Shown here one piece after another: positions 61,383-64,000 of a stretch of DNA of 64,000 bases. The stretch is from positions 4,193,401 to 4,257,400 of the forward strand of contig CM119269.1 of assembly GCA_051294375.1 (NCBI GenBank), in the 5' to 3' direction. This stretch comes from Paraspadella gotoi. Lineage: Eukaryota; Animalia; Chaetognatha. The position numbers and the translations under genes were made by a program. The stretch's first letter is position 1. Every line of letters starts with the position of its first letter. The notes under the pieces are model-generated. The model made no database searches. It saw only the letters and a list, made by a program, of their open reading frames with translations, and was not told where the DNA came from.

Positions 61383-62483
61383 ATGATGTAAAGAATAACA
61401 CAACATCGGTAATTTTATTAGAAATTTTTTGTTTAAATTTCAACAAATAACAAATGAGGAATTTTTTAATCAGATAATGTGGGTCATGTCTTGTTTGAGA
61501 TCCTTTTAAGATTTACTTTGTTCTCTCACGCTAATTTTTTTTTCTTCGCTATTTATATCTTCGTTTTTAGGAATACTTTTTCGATCGTTCTCTTTCGAAA
61601 TTTAACCAAGCTTTGCTCATCACTTTTCTCCAAGCAATTTCGCTTCCCCCCCACAAGCGGCCACCACAATCCCGTCCGCCCTTCCACATTAGATCCCACA
61701 TTTTTCATACGAGAGAAAAAGAACTCGAATCACTTTTTCCCGACGACGAATCGGAGAACCTCGGATCGAGACAGGGTGTAACCGGAGAATGAGGAGAAGG
61801 ACGTTACGCAAGTGGGATCCGAAGGATAAGCGCCGTCAGCAGTGAGAGAGAGAGAAGAGAGGAAAAAAATCCGTTTCCGAGATGATTTGAGTTTTAATTC
61901 CTGAAATGAAATCGGTGTTAATGAATCGAGTTGAGCCGCGAATTCCTTCATCAAAAACTTTTTTTTTCGGCTCAACTGACTTTTTATTGACTGCGAGAAA
62001 TTGACTTTTTTTTCCTCTGCACTGAAAACGGATCTATTACGCTAATTTTGAGACTCCGTATGAGTCATGATCGTCCGATAATGAGTAGTTCGATGTTTAG
62101 GGGCTTTGAATTTTATCACCTCGTCACGCGTAAAAATTCTCTGAAATAGCTAAATATCCTAACTTCCTTTTCTCCTTACTCTTTTCTCTCTTTCTTCCTT
62201 CCTTTCCTCCCTCCCCCCTCCTTCCCCTCTCCAACATCCGGGTCCCGGATGTATAAAAACAAAGTGAAGGGAAATAAAAATCTGATGAAAAGAAAAGCAA
62301 AGGGGAGAGACTCAGGTGGTCGAGCCAATCCAACGAAGATGCGAAGAAAAACAAAGAAATTATTTTTTACTTTTTTGGTTTTTCTTCACAAAATCGAATA
62401 TTCGCTTAGTTTCACGTGTTTAGAATTCGTAAATAAATTATTTATCTTTTTCTCGAAAGGATATACAATTCAATTGTCCGTCA

Positions 62484-62521
<38 letters not shown>

Positions 62522-62569
62522 TTTCGATTTGGCACAAGGACCACAGAAAAGAATATTCTTTTTATTCCA

Positions 62570-62604
<35 letters not shown>

Positions 62605-64000
62605 AAGGGTTGGGAGGTGGGAAAGAGTGAGGGAAAGGAAGAGAAAAAAAAAAGGAAAGAAAGAAATAAGAAAATGAGAATGTTCTTCCTTTTCTCTACT
62701 TTCAAAAAAAAAGGAAAAAAAAAAGGAAAAAGCCGAAATCGTAAAATTCATGGAAAAATTCCTGTCGAGACTCAGGAGGAAGAGGAGGAGGGGGAAGAGG
62801 AGGAGGAAGAGGAAGAAAGGAAAAAAAAAGGGGAGCCAATTCCTTTTCTGGGAGAATGGCAAAGAATTTTCCACCTCTTTTTTTTATTCTTTCTTTTTAT
62901 CTTTCCTCCTCTTTCATTTCTTTCTCCTTCACCTCCTCCTCCTCCTCCTCCTCCTCCATCTCCTGTTTCTCCTTCACCCGGCTTCAGGAGCGATTTCTCA
63001 TTCTCCTCTTCCTCCTCCTCCTCCTCCTCCTCCTCCTCCTCCTCCTCCTCCTCCTCCTCCTCCTCCTCCTCCTTTCTCCCTCCCTATCTTCCATCTTCCT
63101 TCGTCGAGGCTACGATATGAATTTCAATTGCAACTTTGTGTCAATTCCTTCTTTCCTCCTTAGAGCTTTTTTCCTTTTTTCCTTTTCCTTGATTTTCTCC
63201 TGCTTCTTCTTCTTCTTTCTCCTTCTCTTTCTTCTTCTTCATTCTCCTCTTCCTCCTCCTCCTCCTACCCGGAAATCGAGAACAAAAGATCAGTCGTAAC
63301 AAGGATGAGTTAAATTCGAGGCGAAGTCAGTTTTAAGTTTTGACAACGAATTTTATTTTTCGCGTCGAGGTTAGAGATGAGACGGATGGGAAAAATAAGA
63401 ATTAAGAGATTCCACGGCAACGCGGCGGGGACTAGGCGTGGGGAGAGGGGCACGGGGTGTGTCGTGGCGGGTTAGGGGTTGAGGGGGTGAACCACGTTCG
63501 AGGGGATCTATGGACGGGAGTGGGGATTCTGAGGGTAGGGAATCGTCGCTCTCGTCTCGAGGCCGATTGGACGGAAAAAGAAAACTTCCGAAAACCGAGT
63601 TCAAGTTGGCATTGTTCATTTGGGGCCATGATATGAGAGGGATGGAGAGAGAGAGTGAGAGAGGGAGGGGTTGGTGAGAAAGATAGAGAGAGAGAGAGAA
63701 ATGTAAAAAGGTTAAAAAATATAGGAAAGCCTGTTTCACACCGTAATGAGAGTCATTGTCCTCTGAAGCCAGTCTGCCTTGCGAGTTTAATGACGAGAAA
63801 AAATTGTGATTGATATAAGGCGTCACAGAGTCCCTTTCTGGTGAGAGTCTTACGAGAGGAAGAAAAACGCTTTCACAGAGAGATAGATCATGACGCGATT
63901 AGTAAGATAACATTTTTAAAAAATTGAGTGGAGTTCCTGATTTTATTAGGTAAGAAAGAAATAAAATCGCCTGCTATCTTTAAAATTCATTTGCTCGCTG

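Overview
Draft-assembly window from a eukaryote, most likely an invertebrate animal. It has spliceosomal introns, abundant (GA)n, (GAC)n and (TTTC)n microsatellites, no visible CpG depletion and many N gaps. Three multi-exon genes can be built by hand with splice phases checked. (1) A + strand coiled-coil, probably secreted protein of unknown function (~11.5-17.9 kb, 5' part lost in gaps, one unresolved frame conflict). (2) A - strand ~1141-aa uncharacterised multi-pass membrane protein (28149-20692) with a GC-AG intron. (3) A + strand ZNF608/ZNF609/brakeless(scribbler)-family C2H2 co-regulator (~1346 aa, 33834-39150). The 41-64 kb region has no recognisable coding exon but carries motif-rich islands, notably four CCAAT boxes spaced 33/32/32 bp near a CHR-like site. 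There are several small inverted-repeat (MITE-like) elements. The 5 kb inverted duplication at 5.1-10.4 kb and the direct duplication at 51.6/53.6 kb look like long-read gap-filling artefacts. I found no convincing novel multi-component system; the findings below are candidates only.
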